From: Mayamaea pseudoterrestris
Taxonomy: Eukaryota
Length of the DNA: 64,000 nucleotides
Assembly: GCA_027923505.1 (NCBI GenBank)
Contig: BROI01000001.1
Coordinates: forward strand, 2,108,001 to 2,172,000
Reading direction: 5' to 3'
Part shown: piece by piece, positions 23,022 through 37,700 of the stretch
Layout: every line of letters starts with the position of its first letter
How positions within the stretch are numbered: position 1 is the stretch's first letter
Notes under the pieces: generated by a model
Told to the model about the DNA's origin: nothing
Database searches by the model: none
Seen by the model: only the letters and a program-made list of their open reading frames with translations
Position numbers and translations under genes: made by a program

Positions 23022-24509
23022 ATGCATCGTCTAGCAAGTCTACGTTCGGTAGCTTCTCGCTGCGTAGGCGTTGTTCGAAACGTACATACTTCAGCCGCTG
23101 ACTACCGAATCCCGACGAAGGAAAATGTTGCAGCTTTTCGGACGCTTCTGGATGACGATGCGTCTGCCTTAATGCAAGGCAAGAGTGACCTCGAACATCG
23201 CAACGTTGATTGGACGCACCACTACAAGGGTCAGTCGGAACTTTTGCTGAAACCATCGACTGCCGCTCAAATTTCCAAGATTCTTGTCTACTGCAATGAA
23301 CATCGAATTCCGATTGTCACCCAAGCCGGCAAGACTGGCCTCGTCGGCGGAAGCGTACCGATGGGCCAAGAAGTCATTCTTTCGACGGAACGACTGAATC
23401 ATATACATGGGATTGACAGTTCTGGAATACTCAAGAGCCAAGCTGGATGCATATTGCAGGACCTTCAGACCTACTGTGCCGAACGAAGCTTCCTGTTTCC
23501 GGTCGACCTTGGTGCAAAGGGTACTTGTCAGATTGGAGGCAACGTGGCTACCAACGCGGGTGGGCAATACTACTATCGCTACGGATCCATTGCTGCTAAC
23601 TTACTGGGAATGGAAGTTGTATTGGCGGATGGTCGTATTCTGCAGTGTCGGAGCAACATTAAAGACAATACTGGCTACAAGGTCCATCAAATGTTTGTCG
23701 GTTCGGAAGGCACGTTGGGAATCATCACGGAGGTTTCCTTTCTTTGCCCACCGTTGCCCACGTCCAAGCAAGCCGTCTTTCTGGCATGCCGCACCTATTC
23801 CGACGTTTTGAAAGTCATGAAAGAGGCTAAAAGTAGCCTGGGCGAAGTCATGGCTGCGTTTGAATGGATGGACCAGGCGATTGTTCGACTCGTTGACGAA
23901 CGACACGTTCGCTGTCCACTGCCTATACATGATGAGTATCGCTACTTTTTGCTCATCGAGACGCACGGTTCCAACGAACACCATGATTTGGAAAAGATGG
24001 AAGGTTTTCTCGATAAACTCTTGTCTAACGCTGCTGTTGCGGACGGTGTGCTCGCCCAAGATTTGACGCAGATGCAATCCTTTTGGAAGTTACGCGAGTC
24101 GGCAAATCCAGTCATGGCTGGAGCTGGATATACTTACAAGTACGATGTTTCCTTGCCGATTGAGTGTTTTGAGGAGTTTGCGGAGCACATGAAGCAACAT
24201 CTCACGGCATGCTTGGTTGTTCATGGCGACTGGGGCCACATTCTTGACGGCAATCTTCATTTCAATGTCTGTACGCCGGGTGTTACAACAGTGGACGAGC
24301 AAGTCTTGGCTCGTTTAGAGCCTTACTTGTTTGAACAAGTCATGTTGCGAAATGGCTCCATTTCAGCTGAGCATGGACTCGGCCAATCCAAGAACAAATA
24401 TCTAACGATGGTGCACGATGAAGCAACACTTGTAACCATGCGTCAGGTCAAGCGTTTGTTTGATCCCAACTGCATTCTTAACCCCGGCAAGTATTTGCCT
24501 GTCGCCTAG
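23022..24509 (+). CDS. D2HGDH: D-2-hydroxyglutarate dehydrogenase (FAD-linked), mitochondrial
   Basis: TGLVGGSVP, DLGAKGTCQIGGNVATNAGG, KDNTGY, GSEGTLGIIT, YKYDVSLP, GHILDGNLH, GSISAEHGLG, FDPNCILNPGK. Confidence 0.93.
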   Translation: MHRLASLRSVASRCVGVVRNVHTSAADYRIPTKENVAAFRTLLDDDASALMQGKSDLEHRNVDWTHHYKGQSELLLKPSTAAQISKILVYCNEHRIPIVTQAGKTGLVGGSVPMGQEVILSTERLNHIHGIDSSGILKSQAGCILQDLQTYCAERSFLFPVDLGAKGTCQIGGNVATNAGGQYYYRYGSIAANLLGMEVVLADGRILQCRSNIKDNTGYKVHQMFVGSEGTLGIITEVSFLCPPLPTSKQAVFLACRTYSDVLKVMKEAKSSLGEVMAAFEWMDQAIVRLVDERHVRCPLPIHDEYRYFLLIETHGSNEHHDLEKMEGFLDKLLSNAAVADGVLAQDLTQMQSFWKLRESANPVMAGAGYTYKYDVSLPIECFEEFAEHMKQHLTACLVVHGDWGHILDGNLHFNVCTPGVTTVDEQVLARLEPYLFEQVMLRNGSISAEHGLGQSKNKYLTMVHDEATLVTMRQVKRLFDPNCILNPGKYLPVA

Positions 24510-25089
24510 CACGTGCAATGTATCAACCAAGAACGGCAATGCAGCTTCATGATTGCTTTCAACTCATCATAGACTTTAAGTATCATCTGGTCGCAACTAT
24601 GGCTCCATAGCTGGGGCACATTAAACACATTCGCAGAGCGGGCAGAGCGGGGAGGTAGTAGAATCAAAGCTTTTTAGTGAGCAGTGGCATTCGCGCGCTT
24701 CGCGTACGCAAACACTGTCAAACATAGACAAAGTAAAATTGATACTGGCCTTCAAAGTAACAATTTGCTTATTGTAGCCAGAATCTAGGTGGATTGATGC
24801 CAACAATTCCTGTCTATTGGAACACAAGGAGAGGCGAGATATAGCAGTAATTGAGTATATAACTCTTTGAGAGCATACTCCTAAAGTAAACAATGTGTTT
24901 TGGGATAGCTAACATGGTCATTGTGAAGGGAAATTGCATGCGCGCAGCGTTTGACGTCATCTGCGTCGCAGTGGCAGCGCACGAATTAATGTCGTGAAGC
25001 ATGTTCGGATAGATCCTACGAACTGAATCAAACCAAGCGAGTCCAAGGTATCTCGCTAGTACAGGAGGTATGGAGGAAGAACTGCCACA

Positions 25090-25399
25090 AAGCTCAAGGT
25101 ATAAGCATTTGAATAGGCATGGCAGCTGCTGGCTGAGACTGGTGACAAGTTATCACCAATCACATCGCAGTCCACGGAGACACCAGCCAGTACCTTATCT
25201 TCTAGCGAACCTGAAGAAAGGATGTAAGCACCATCTTGGCTTATTTTGGGCATACACATGGCTCAAGGCATGGGCATTTGAAAGGCATGGCAGCTGTTAC
25301 TGGCTGAGACTGGTGACAAGTTAACACCAATCACATTGCAGTTCACGTAGACACCGGCCACTTTTCTGTTGGGCACCTGAAATAAGGATGTTAGCACCA
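25090..25399. repeat. Satellite family A, ~2 diverged 169-bp units
   Basis: gctcaagg..gcatttgaa recurs at about 25092 and 25261. Both units carry gctgagactggtgacaagtt, shared with 47.9-48.8 kb and 60.4-64 kb. Confidence 0.85.
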
Positions 25400-25706
25400 A
25401 TCTCACCGCGTGTGTGTCCCCAAGGATAGCCAGAGGAGAATTCATGGAACAGACCTATTGGGGGGTAGTCTTTGAAGGCCTTACACTGGAGCAACCTGGA
25501 GCTTGTTTCTGTGTGGATCTTTGCCCTCCCAAACAACTGGTGCTACATGTGAGCCGGGAATGATTGTTATGCACCAATCTCACTGCATATAAGTCCCCAA
25601 GCATAGCCAGACCTGAAATCATGGGACAAGACTATTGGGGGTAGTCATTGAAGGCCACACACTGTAGCACCTTGTAGCTGATTACTGTGTGGATCTTTGC
25701 CCTCCA
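25394..25706. repeat. Satellite family B, ~1.8 units of 177 bp
   Basis: gcaccaatctcac at 25394 and 25571. ctattgggggtagtc and ctgtgtggatctttgccctcc each occur twice. Confidence 0.85.
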
Positions 25707-28700
25707 AAGTTGATCTATGTTCAAGCTCAGCGCAGTGGTCTGGCAGGCTCCAAGGCTACAGACAATCATTCCGGGAATTAAAAGATCAAACTCATGCAAC
25801 ATGAAAGTGATCTTGCAAGACTTGGGTTGCTCCTACAAGGAGCTCATGCATGCTGGAGCTATGATTTTCAAGCTCAGCGCAGTGGTCTGGCAGGCTCCAA
25901 GGCTACAGACAATCATTCCGGGAATCAAAAGATCAAACTCATGCAACATGAAAGTGACCTTGCAAGACTTGGCTGCTCCAACAAGGAGCTCATGCATGCT
26001 GTAATGCGCTCCACAAAGTTGATCTATGATCAAGCTCAGCACCTTGGTCAGACAAGCCCAAGGCTACAGATCCTCATTCCGGGAATCAAAAGATCAATCT
26101 CATGCAGCATGAAAGTAACCTTGCAAGACTTGGCTGCTGCAACAAGGAGCTCATGCATGCTGTAATGCGCTCCACAAAGTTGATCTATGATCAAGCTCAG
26201 CGCAGTGGTCTGGCAGGCTCCAAGGTTACAGACTATTATTCCGGGAATCAAAAGATCAAACTCATGCAACATGAAAGTGACCTTGCAAGACTTGGGTTGC
26301 TCCTACAAGGAGCTCATGCATGCTGTAATGCGCTCCACAAAGTTGATCTATGATCAAGCTCAGCTCAGCTCAGTGGTCTGGCAGGCTCCAAGGCTACAGA
26401 TCCTCATTCCAGGAATCAAAAGATCAATCTCATGCAACATGAAAGTGAACTTGCAAGATTTGGCTGCTCCAACAAGGAGCTCATGCATGCTGTAATGCGC
26501 TCCACAACGTTGATCTATGATCAAGCTCAGCGCAGTGGTCTGGCAGGCTCCAAGGCTACAGACAATCATTCCGGGAATCAAAAGATCAAACTCATGCAAC
26601 ATGAAAGTGACCTTGCAAGACTTGGGTTGCTCCTACAAGGAGCTCATGCATGCTGTAATGCGCTCCACAAAGTTGATCTATGATCAAGCTCAGCACCTTG
26701 GTCAGACAAGCCCAAGGCTACAGATCCTCATTCCGGGAATCAAAAGATCAATCTCATGCAACATGAAAGTGACCTTGCAAGACTTGGCTGCTCCAACAAG
26801 GAGCTCATGCATGCTGTAATGTGCTCCACAAAATTGATCTATGTTCAAGCTCAGCACCTTGGTCTGACAAGCCCAAGGCTACAGACAATCATTCCGGGAA
26901 TCATAAGATCAAACTCATGCAACATGAAAGTGACCTTGTAAGATTTGGCTGCTCCAACAAGGAGCTCGTGCATGCTGTAATGTGCTCCACAAACTTTATC
27001 TATGATCAAGCTCAGCGCAGTGGTCTGGCAGGCTCCAAGGCTACAGACAATCATTCCGGGAATCAAAGGATCAGTCTCATGCAACATGAAAGTGACCTTG
27101 TAAGACTTGGCTGCTCCAACAAGGAGCTCATGCATGCTGTTATGTGCTCCACAAAGTTGATCTATGATCAAGCTCAGCGCAGTGGTCTGGCAGGCTCCAA
27201 GGCCACAAACAATCATTCCGGGAATCAAAAGATCAAACTCATGCAACATGAAAGTGACCTTGCTGGCTGCTTCTACGAGGAGCTCATGCATGCTGTAATG
27301 TGCTCCACAAAGTTGATCTATGATCAAGCTCAGCTCAGCTCAGTGGTCTGGCAGGCTCCAAGGCTACAGACAATCATTCCGGGAAATAAAAGATCAATCT
27401 TGTGCAACATGAAAGTGACTTTGCAAAACTTAGGTTGCTCCTACAAGGAGCTCATGCATGCTGTAATGCGCTCCACAAAGTTGATCTATGATCAAGCTCA
27501 GCACCTTGGTCAGACAAGCCCAAGGCTACAGATCCTCATTCCGGGAATCAAAAGATCAATCTCATGCAACATGAAAGTGACCTTGCAAGACTTGGCTGCT
27601 CCAACAAGGAGCTCATGCATGCTGTAATGCGCTCCACATTGTTGATCTATGATCAAGCTCAGCGCAGTGGTCTGGCAGGCTCCAAGGCTACAGACAATCA
27701 TTCCGGGAATCAAAAGATCAAACTCATGCAACATGAAAGTGACCTTGCAAGACTTGGGTTGCTCCTACAAGGAGCTCATGCATGCTGTAATGCGCTCCAC
27801 AAAGTTGATCTATGATCAAGCTCAGCGCAGTGGTCTGGCAGGCTCCAAGGCTACAGACAATCATTCCGGGAATCAAAAGATCAATCTCATGCAACATGAA
27901 AGTGACCTTGCAAGACTTGGCTGCTCCAACAAGGAGCTCATGCATGCTGTAATGCGCTCCACAAAGTTGATCTATGATCAAGCTCAGCGCAGTGGTCTGG
28001 CAGGCTCCAAGGCTACAAACAATCATTCCGGGAATCAAAAGATCAATCTCATGCAACATGAAAGTGACCTTGCAAGACTTGGCTGCTCCAACAAGGAGCT
28101 CATGCATGCTGTAATGCGCTCCACAACGTTGATCTATGATCAAGCTCAGCGCAGTGGTCTGGCAGGCTCCAAGGCTACAGACAATCATTCCGGGAATCAA
28201 AAGATCAAACTCATGCAACATGGAAGTGACCTTGCAAGACTTGGCTGCTCCTACAAGGAGCTCATGCATGCTGTAATGCGCTCCACAAAGTTGATCTATG
28301 ATCAAGCTCAGCGCAGTGGTCTGGCAGGCTCCAAGGCTACAGACAATCATTCCGGGAATCAAAAGATCAATCTCATGCAACATGAAAGTGACCTTGCAAG
28401 ACTTAGATGCTCCAACAAGGAGCTCATGCATGCTGTAATGCGCTCCACAAAGTTGATCTATGATCAAGCTCAGCGCAGTGGTCTGGCAGGCTCCAAGGCT
28501 ACAGACAATCATTCCGGGAATCAAAAGATCAAACTCATGCAACATGGAAGTGACCTTGCAAGACTTGGCTGCTCCAACAAGGAGCTCATGCATGCTGTAA
28601 TGCGCTCCACAAAGTTGATCTATAATCAGATGGGCGGACGAGCCCAATGGCTACATCTAATAAAGATCAATTTCATGCAACATGAAAGTGACCTTGTAAG

Positions 28701-31700
28701 ACTTGGCTGCTCCAACAAGGAGCTCATGCATGCTGTAATGTGCTCCACAAAGTTTGATCTAAGATCAAGCTCAGCGCAGTGGTCTGGCAGGCTCCAAGGC
28801 TACAGACAACCATTCCGGGAATCAAAAGATCAAACTCATGCAACATGAAAGTGACCTTGCAAGACTTGGCTGCTCCAACAAGGAGCTCATGCATGCTGTA
28901 ATGCGCTCCACAAAGTTGATCTATGATCAAGCTCAGCGCAGTGGTCTGGCAGGCTCCAAGGCTACAGACAATCATTCCGGGAATCAAAAGATCCATCTCA
29001 TGCAACATGAAAGTGACCTTGCAAGACTTGGCTGCTCCTACAAGGAGCTCATGCATGCTGTAATGCGCTCCACAAAGTTGATCTATGATCAAGCTCAGCA
29101 CAGTGGTCTGGCAGGCTCCAAGGCTACAGACAATCATTCCGGGAATCAAAAGATCAAACTCATGCAACATGAAAGTGACCTTGCAAGACTTGGCTGCTCC
29201 TACAAGGAGCTCATGCATGCTGTAATGCGCTCCACAAAGTTGATCTATGATCAAGCTCAGCGCAGTGGTCTGGCAGGCTCCAAGGCTACAGACAATCATT
29301 CCGGGAATCAAAAGATCAATCTCATGCAACATGAAAGTGACCTTGCAAGACTTGGCTGCTCCAACAAGGAGCTCATGCATGCTGTAATGCGCTCCACAAA
29401 GTTGATCTATGATCAAGCTCAGTGCAGTGGTCTGGCAGGCTCCAAGGCTACAGACAATCATTCCGGGAATCAAAAGATCAACCTCATGCAACATGGAAGT
29501 GACCTTGCCAGACTTGGTTGCTCCAACAAGGAGCTCATGCATGCTGTAATGCGCTCCACAAAGTTGATCTATGATCAAGCTCAGCGCAGTGGTCTGGCAG
29601 GCTCCAAGGCTACAGACAATCATTCCGGGAATCAAAAGATCCATCTCAGGCAACATGGAAGTGACCTTGCAAGACTTGGCTGCTCCTACAAGGAGCTCAT
29701 GCATGCTGTAATGTGCTCCACAAAGTTGATCTATGATCAAGCTCAGCGCAGTGGTCTGGCAGGCTCCAAGGCTACAGACAATCATTCCGGGAAAAAAAGA
29801 TCAAAAGCTCAGCACAGTGGTCTGGCAGGCTCCAAGGCTACAGACAATCATTCCGGGAATCAAAAGATCAAACTCATGCAACATGAAAGTGACCTTGCAA
29901 GACTTGGCTGCTCCTACAAGGAGCTCATGCATGCTGTAATGCGCTCCACAAAGTTGATCTATGATCAAGCTCAGCGCAGTGGTCTGGCAGGCTCCAAGGC
30001 TACAGACAATCATTCCGGGAATCAAAAGATCAATCTCATGCAACATGAAAGTGACCTTGCAAGACTTGGCTGCTCCAACAAGGAGCTCATGCATGCTGTA
30101 ATGCGCTCCACAAAGTTGATCTATGATCAAGCTCAGTGCAGTGGTCTGGCAGGCTCCAAGGCTACAGACAATCATTCCGGGAATCAAAAGATCAACCTCA
30201 TGCAACATGGAAGTGACCTTGCCAGACTTGGTTGCTCCAACAAGGAGCTCATGCATGCTGTAATGCGCTCCACAAAGTTGATCTATGATCAAGCTCAGCG
30301 CAGTGGTCTGGCAGGCTCCAAGGCTACAGACAATCATTCCGGGAATCAAAAGATCCATCTCAGGCAACATGGAAGTGACCTTGCAAGACTTGGCTGCTCC
30401 TACAAGGAGCTCATGCATGCTGTAATGTGCTCCACAAAGTTGATCTATGATCAAGCTCAGCGCAGTGGTCTGGCAGGCTCCAAGGCTACAGACAATCATT
30501 CCGGGAAAAAAAGATCAATCTTGTGCAACATGAAAGTGACTTTGCAAAACTTAGGTTGCTCCTACAAGGAGCTCATGCATGCTATAATGCACTCCACAAA
30601 GTTGATCTATGATCAAGCTCAGCGCAGTGGTCTGGCAGGCTCCAAGGCTACAGACAATCATTCCGGGAATCAAAAGATCCATCTCATGCAACATGAAAGT
30701 GACCTTGCAAGACTTGGCTGCTCCAACAAGGAGCTCATGCATGCTGTAATGCGCTCCACAAAGTTGATCTATGATCAAGCTCAGCGCAGTGGTCTGGCAG
30801 GCTCCAAGGCTACAGACAATCATTCCGGGAATCAAAAGATCAATCTCATGCAACATGGAAGTGACCTTGCAAGACTTGGCTGCTCCAACAAGGAGCTCAT
30901 GCATGCTGTAATGCGCTCCACAAAGTTGATCTATGATCAAGCTCAGCGCAGTGGTCTGGCAGGCTCCAAGGCTACAGACAATCATTCCGGGAATCAAAAG
31001 ATCCATCTCAGGCAACATGGAAGTGACCTTGCAAGACTTGGCTGCTCCTACAAGGAGCTCATGCATGCTGTAATGCGCTCCACAAAGTTGATCTATGATC
31101 AAGCTCAGTGCAGTGGTCTGGCAGGCTCCAAGGCTACAGACAATCATTCCGGGAATCAAAAGATCAACCTCATGCAACATGGAAGTGACCTTGCCAGACT
31201 TGGTTGCTCCAACAAGGAGCTCATGCATGCTGTAATGCGCTCCACAGAGTGTTCTATGATCAAACTCAGCATCTCGGTCTGACTAGCCCAAGGCTACAGA
31301 CAATCATTCCGGGAATCAAAAGATCAAACTCATGCAACATGAAAGTGACCTTGCAAGACTTGGCTGCTCCAACAAGGAGCTCATGCATGCTGTAATGCGC
31401 TCCACAAAGTTGATCTATGATCAAGCTCAGCGCAGTGGTCTGGCAGGCTCCAAGGCTACAGACAATCATTCCGGGAATCAAAAGATCAATCTCATGCAAC
31501 ATGGAAGTGACCTTGCAAGACTTGGGTGCTCCAACAAGGAGCTCATGCATGCTGTAATGCGCTCCACAAAGTTGATCTATGATCAAGCTCAGCGCAGTGG
31601 TCTGGCAGGCTCCAAGGCTACAGACAATCATTCCGGGAATCAAAAGATCAAACTCATGCAACATGAAAGTGACCTTGCAAGACTTGGCTGCTCCAACAAG

Positions 31701-34700
31701 GAGCTCATGCATGCTGTAATGCGCTCCACAAAGTTGATCTATGATCAAGCTCAGCGCAGTGGTCTGGCAGGCTCCAAGGCTACAGACAATCATTCCGGGA
31801 ATCAAAAGATCAAACTCATGCAACATGGAAGTGACCTTGCAAGACTTGGCTGCTCCAACAAGGAGCTCATGCATGCTGTAATGCGCTCCACAAAGTTGAT
31901 CTATGATCAAGCTCAGCGCAGTGGTCTGGCAGGCTCCAAGGCTACAGACAATCATTCCGGGAATCAAAAGATCCATCTCATGCAACATGAAAGTGACCTT
32001 GCAAGACTTGGCTGCTCCTACAAGGAGCTCATGCATGCTGTAATGCGCTCCACAAAGTTGATCTATGATCAAGCTCAGCGCAGTGGTCTGGCAGGCTCCA
32101 AGGCTACAGACAATCATTCCGGGAATCAAAAGATCAAACTCATGCAACATGGAAGTGACCTTGCAAGACTTGGGTTGCTCCTACAAGGAGCTCATGCATG
32201 CTGTAATGCGCTTTACAAAGTTGATCTATGATCAAGCTCAGCGCAGTGGTCTGGCAGGCTCCAAGGCTACAGACAATCATTCCGGGAATCAAAAGATCAA
32301 ACTCATGCAACATGAAAGTGACCTTGCAAGACTTGGCTGCTCCAACAAGGAGCTCATGCATGCTGTAATGCGCTCCACAAAGTTGATCTATGATCAAGCT
32401 CAGCGCAGTGGTCTGGCAGGCTCCAAGGCTACAGACAATCATTCCGGGAATCAAAAGATCAAACTCATGCAACATGAAAGTGACCTTGCAAGACTTGGCT
32501 GCTCCAACAAGGAGCTCATGCATGCTGTAATGCGCTCCACAAAGTTGATCTATGATCAAGCTCAGTGCAGTGGTCTGGCAGGCTCCAAGGCTACAGACAA
32601 TCATTCCGGGAATCAAAAGATCAATCTCATGCAACATGAAAGTGACCTTGCAAGACTTGGCTGCTCCAACAAGGAGCTCATGCATGCTGTAATGCGCTCC
32701 ACACCATTGATCTATAATCAAGCTCAGCATCTTGGTCTGGCAGGCTCCAAGGCTACAGACAATCATTCCGGGAATCAAAAGATCAAACTCATGCAACATG
32801 GAAGTGACCTTGCAAGACTTGGCTGCTCCTACAAGGAGCTCATGCATGCTGTAATGCGCTCCACAAAGTTGATCTATGATCAAGCTCAGCGCAGTGGTCT
32901 GGCAGGCTCCAAGGCTACAGACAATCATTCCGGGAATCAAAAGATCAAACTCATGCAACATGAAAGTGACCTTGCAAGACTTGGCTGCTCCAACAAGGAG
33001 CTCATGCATGCTGTAATGCGCTCCACAAAGTTGATCTATGATCAAGCTCAGCACCTTGGTCTGACAAGCCCAAGGCTACAGATCCTCATTCCGGGAATCA
33101 AAAGATCAAACTCATGCAACATGAAAGTGACCTTGCAAGACTTGGCTGCTCCAACAAGGAGCTCATGCATGCTGTAATGCGCTCCACAAAGTTTATCTAT
33201 GATCAAGCTCAGCATCTTGGTCTGGCAGGCTCCAAGGCTACAGACAATCATTCCGGGAATCAAAAGATCAAACTCATGCAACATGAAAGTGATCTTGCAA
33301 GACTTGGCTGCTTCTACGAGGAGCTCATGCATGCTGTAATGTGCTCCACAAAGTTGATCTATGATCAAGCTCAGCGCAGTGGTCTGGCAGGCTCCAAGGC
33401 TACAGACAATCATTCCGGGAAATAAAAGATCCATCTCATGCAACATGAAAGTGACCTTGCAAGACTTGGCTGCTCCAACAAGGAGCTCATGCATGCTGTA
33501 ATGCGCTCCAGAAAGTTAATCTATGAACAAGCTCAGTGCAGTGGTCTGGCAGGCTCCAAGGCTACAGACAATCATTCCGGGAATCAAAAGATCAACCTCA
33601 TGCAACATGGAAGTGACCTTGCCAGACTTGGTTGCTCCAACAAGGAGCTCATGCATGCTGTAATGCGCTCCACAAAGTTGATCTATGATCAAGCTCAGCG
33701 CAGTGGTCAGACAAGCCCAAGGCTACTGATCCTCATACCGGGAATCAAAAGATCAAACTCATGCAACATGAAAGTTTTCTTGCAAGACTTGGCTGCTCCA
33801 ACAAGGAGCTCATGCATGCTGTAATGCGCTCCACAAAGTGGATCTATGATCAAGCTCAGCGCAGTGGTCTGGCAGGCTCCAAGGCTACAGACAATCATTC
33901 CGGGAATCAAAAGATCAAACTCATGCAACATGGAAGTGACCTTGCAAGACTTGGCTGCTCCTACAAGGAGCTCATGCATGCTGTAATGCGCTCCACAAAG
34001 TTGATCTATGATCAAGCTCAGCGCAGTGGTCTGGCAGGCTCCAAGGCTACAGACAATCATTCCGGGAATCAAAAGATCAAACTCATGCAACATGAAAGTG
34101 ACCTTGCAAGACTTGGCTGCTCCTACAAGGAGCTCATGCATGCTGTAATGCGCTCCACAAAGTTGATCTATGATCAAGCTCAGCGCAGTGGTCTGGCAGG
34201 CTCCAAGGCTACAGACAATCATTCCGGGAATCAAAAGATCCATCTCAGGCAACATGGAAGTGACCTTGCAAGACTTGGCTGCTCCTACAAGGAGCTCATG
34301 CATGCTGTAATGCGCTCCACAAAGTTGATCTATGATCAAGCTCAGCGCAGTGGTCTGGCAGGCTCCAAGGCTACAGACAATCATTCCGGGAATCAAAAGA
34401 TCAATCTCATGCAACATGGAAGTGACCTTGCAAGACTTGGCTGCTCCAACAAGGAGCTCATGCATGCTGTAATGCGCTCCACAAAGTTGATCTATGATCA
34501 AGCTCAGCGCAGTGGTCTGGCAGGCTCCAAGGCTACAGACAATCATTCCGGGAATCAAAAGATCCATCTCATGCAACATGAAAGTGACCTTGCAAGACTT
34601 GGCTGCTCCAACAAGGAGCTCTTTGATGCTGTAATGTGCTCCACAAAGTTAATCTATGATCAAGCTGAGCGCCTTGGCCTGGCAGGCTCCATGGCTACAG

Positions 34701-37700
34701 ACAATCATTCCGGGAATCAAAAGATCCATCTCATGCAACATGAAAGTGACCTTGCAAGACTTGGCTGCTCCAACAAGGAGCTCATGCATGCTGTAATGCG
34801 CTCCACAAAGTTGATCTATGATCAAGCTCAGCGCAGTGGTCTGGCAGGCTCCAAGGCTACAGACAATCATTCCGGGAATCAAAAGATCAAACTCATGCAA
34901 CATGGAAGTGACCTTGCAAGACTTGGCTGCTCCAACAAGGAGCTCATGCATGCTGTAATGCGCTCCACAAAGTTGATCTATGATCAAGCTCAGCGCAGTG
35001 GTCTGGCAGGCTCCAAGGCTACAGACAATCATTCCGGGAATCAAAAGATCCATCTCAGGCAACATGAAAGTGACCTTGCAAGACTTGGCTGCGGCAACAA
35101 GGAGCTCATGCATGCTGTAATGTGCTCCACAAAGTTGATCTATGATCAAGCTCAGCGCAGTGGTCTGGCAGGCTCCAAGGCTACAGACAATCATTCCGGG
35201 AATCAAAAGATCAAACTCATGCAACATGGAAGTGACCTTGCAAGACTTGGCTGCTCCAACAAGGAGCTCATGCATGCTGTAATGCGCTCCACAAAGTTGA
35301 TCTATGATCAAGCTCAGCGCAGTGGTCTGGCAGGCTCCAAGGCTACAGACAATCATTCCGGGAATCAAAAGATCAATCTCATGCAACATGGAAGTGACCT
35401 TGCAAGACTTGGCTGCTCCAACAAGGAGCTCATGCATGCTGTAATGCGCTCCACAAAGTTGATCTATGATCAAGCTCAGCGCAGTGGTCTGGCAGGCTCC
35501 AAGGCTACAGACAATCATTCCGGGAATCAAAAGATCAAACTCATGCAACATGGAAGTGACCTTGCAAGACTTGGCTGCTCCAACAAGGAGCTCATGCATG
35601 CTGTAATGCGCTCCACCAAGTGGATCTATGATCAAGCTCAGCGCAGTGGTCTGGCAGGCTCCAAGGCTACAGACAATCATTCCGGGAATCAAAAGATCAA
35701 ACTCATGCAACATGGAAGTGACCTTGCAAGACTTGGCTGCTCCAACAAGGAGCTCATGCATGCTGTAATGCGCTCCACAAAGTTGATCTATGATCAAGCT
35801 CAGCGCAGTGGTCTGGCAGGCTCCAAGGCTACAGACAATCATTCCGGGAATCAAAAGATCAAACTCATGCAACATGGAAGTGACCTTGCAAGACTTGGCT
35901 GCTCCAACAAGGAGCTTATGCATGCTGTAATGCGCTCCACAAAGTTGATCTATGATCAAGCTCAGCGCAGTGGTCTGGCAGGCTCCAAGGCTACAGACAA
36001 TCATTCCGGGAATCAAAAGATCAAACTCATGCAACATGAAAGTGACCTTGCAAGACTTGGCTGCTGCAACAAGGAGCTCATGCATGCTGTAATGCGCTCC
36101 ACAAAGTTGATCTATGATCAAGCTCAGCGCAGTGGTCTGGCAGGCTCCAAGGCTACAGACAATCATTCCGGGAATCAAAAGATCAAACTCATGCAACATG
36201 GAAGTGACCTTGCAAGACTTGGCTGCTCCAACAAGGAGCTCATGCATGCTGTAATGCGCTCCACAAAGTTGATCTATGATCAAGCTCAGCGCAGTGGTCT
36301 GGCAGGCTCCAAGGCTACAGACAATCATTCCGGGAATCAAAAGATCCATCTCAGGCAACATGGAAGTGACCTTGCAAGACTTGGCTGCTCCTACAAGGAG
36401 CTCATGCATGCTGTAATGCGCTCCACCAAGTGGATCTATGATCAAGCTCAGCGCAGTGGTCTGGCAGGCTCCAAGGCTACAGACAATCATTCCGGGAATC
36501 AAAAGATCAAACTCATGCAACATGGAAGTGACCTTGCAAGACTTGGCTGCTCCAACAAGGAGCTCATGCATGCTGTAATGCGCTCCACAAAGTGGATCTA
36601 TGATCAAGCTCAGCGCAGTGGTCTGGCAGGCTCCAAGGCTACAGACAATCATTCCGGGAATCAAAAGATCAAACTCATGCAACATGGAAGTGACCTTGCA
36701 AGACTTGGCTGCTCCAACAAGGAGCTCATGCATGCTGTAATGCGCTCCACAAAGTTGATCTATGATCAAGCTCAGCGCAGTGGTCTGGCAGGCTCCAAGG
36801 CTACAGACAATCATTCCGGGAATCAAAAGATCAAACTCATGCAACATGGAAGTGACCTTGCAAGACTTGGCTGCTCCAACAAGGAGCTCATGCATGCTGT
36901 AATGCGCTCCACCAAGTTGATCTATGATCAAGCTCAGCGCAGTGGTCTGGCAGGCTCCAAGGCTACAGACAATCATTCCGGGAATCAAAAGATCCATCTC
37001 AGGCAATATGAAGGTGACCTTGCAAGACTTGGCTGCTCCAACAAGGAGCTTATGCATGCTGTAATGCGCTCCACAAAGTTGATCTATGATCAAGCTCAGC
37101 GCAGTGGTCTGGCAGGCTCCAAGGCTACAGACAATCATTCCGGGAATCAAAAGATCAAACTCATGCAACATGGAAGTGACCTTGCAAGACTTGGCTGCTC
37201 CAACAAGGAGCTCATGCATGCTGTAATGCGCTCCACCAAGTGGATCTATGATCAAGCTCAGCGCAGTGGTCTGGCAGGCTCCAAGGCTACAGACAATCAT
37301 TCCGGGAATCAAAAGATCAAACTCATGCAACATGGAAGTGACCTTGCAAGACTTGGCTGCTCCAACAAGGAGCTCATGCATGCTGTAATGCGCTCCACAA
37401 AGTTGATCTATGATCAAGCTCAGCGCAGTGGTCTGGCAGGCTCCAAGGCTACAGACAATCATTCCGGGAATCAAAAGATCAAACTCATGCAACATGGAAG
37501 TGACCTTGCAAGACTTGGCTGCTCCTACAAGGAGCTCATGCATGCTGTAATGCGCTCCACCAAGTGGATCTATGATCAAGCTCAGCGCAGTGGTCTGGCA
37601 GGCTCCAAGGCTACAGACAATCATTCCGGGAATCAAAAGATCAAACTCATGCAACATGGAAGTGACCTTGCAAGACTTGGGTGCTCCAACAAGGAGCTCA

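Noticed and set aside
24621..24725. 34-aa Cys-rich peptide MFDSVCVREARECHC...CPLCECV
   Set aside because: Too short, with no signal peptide or recognisable family. Cannot be supported without expression data.
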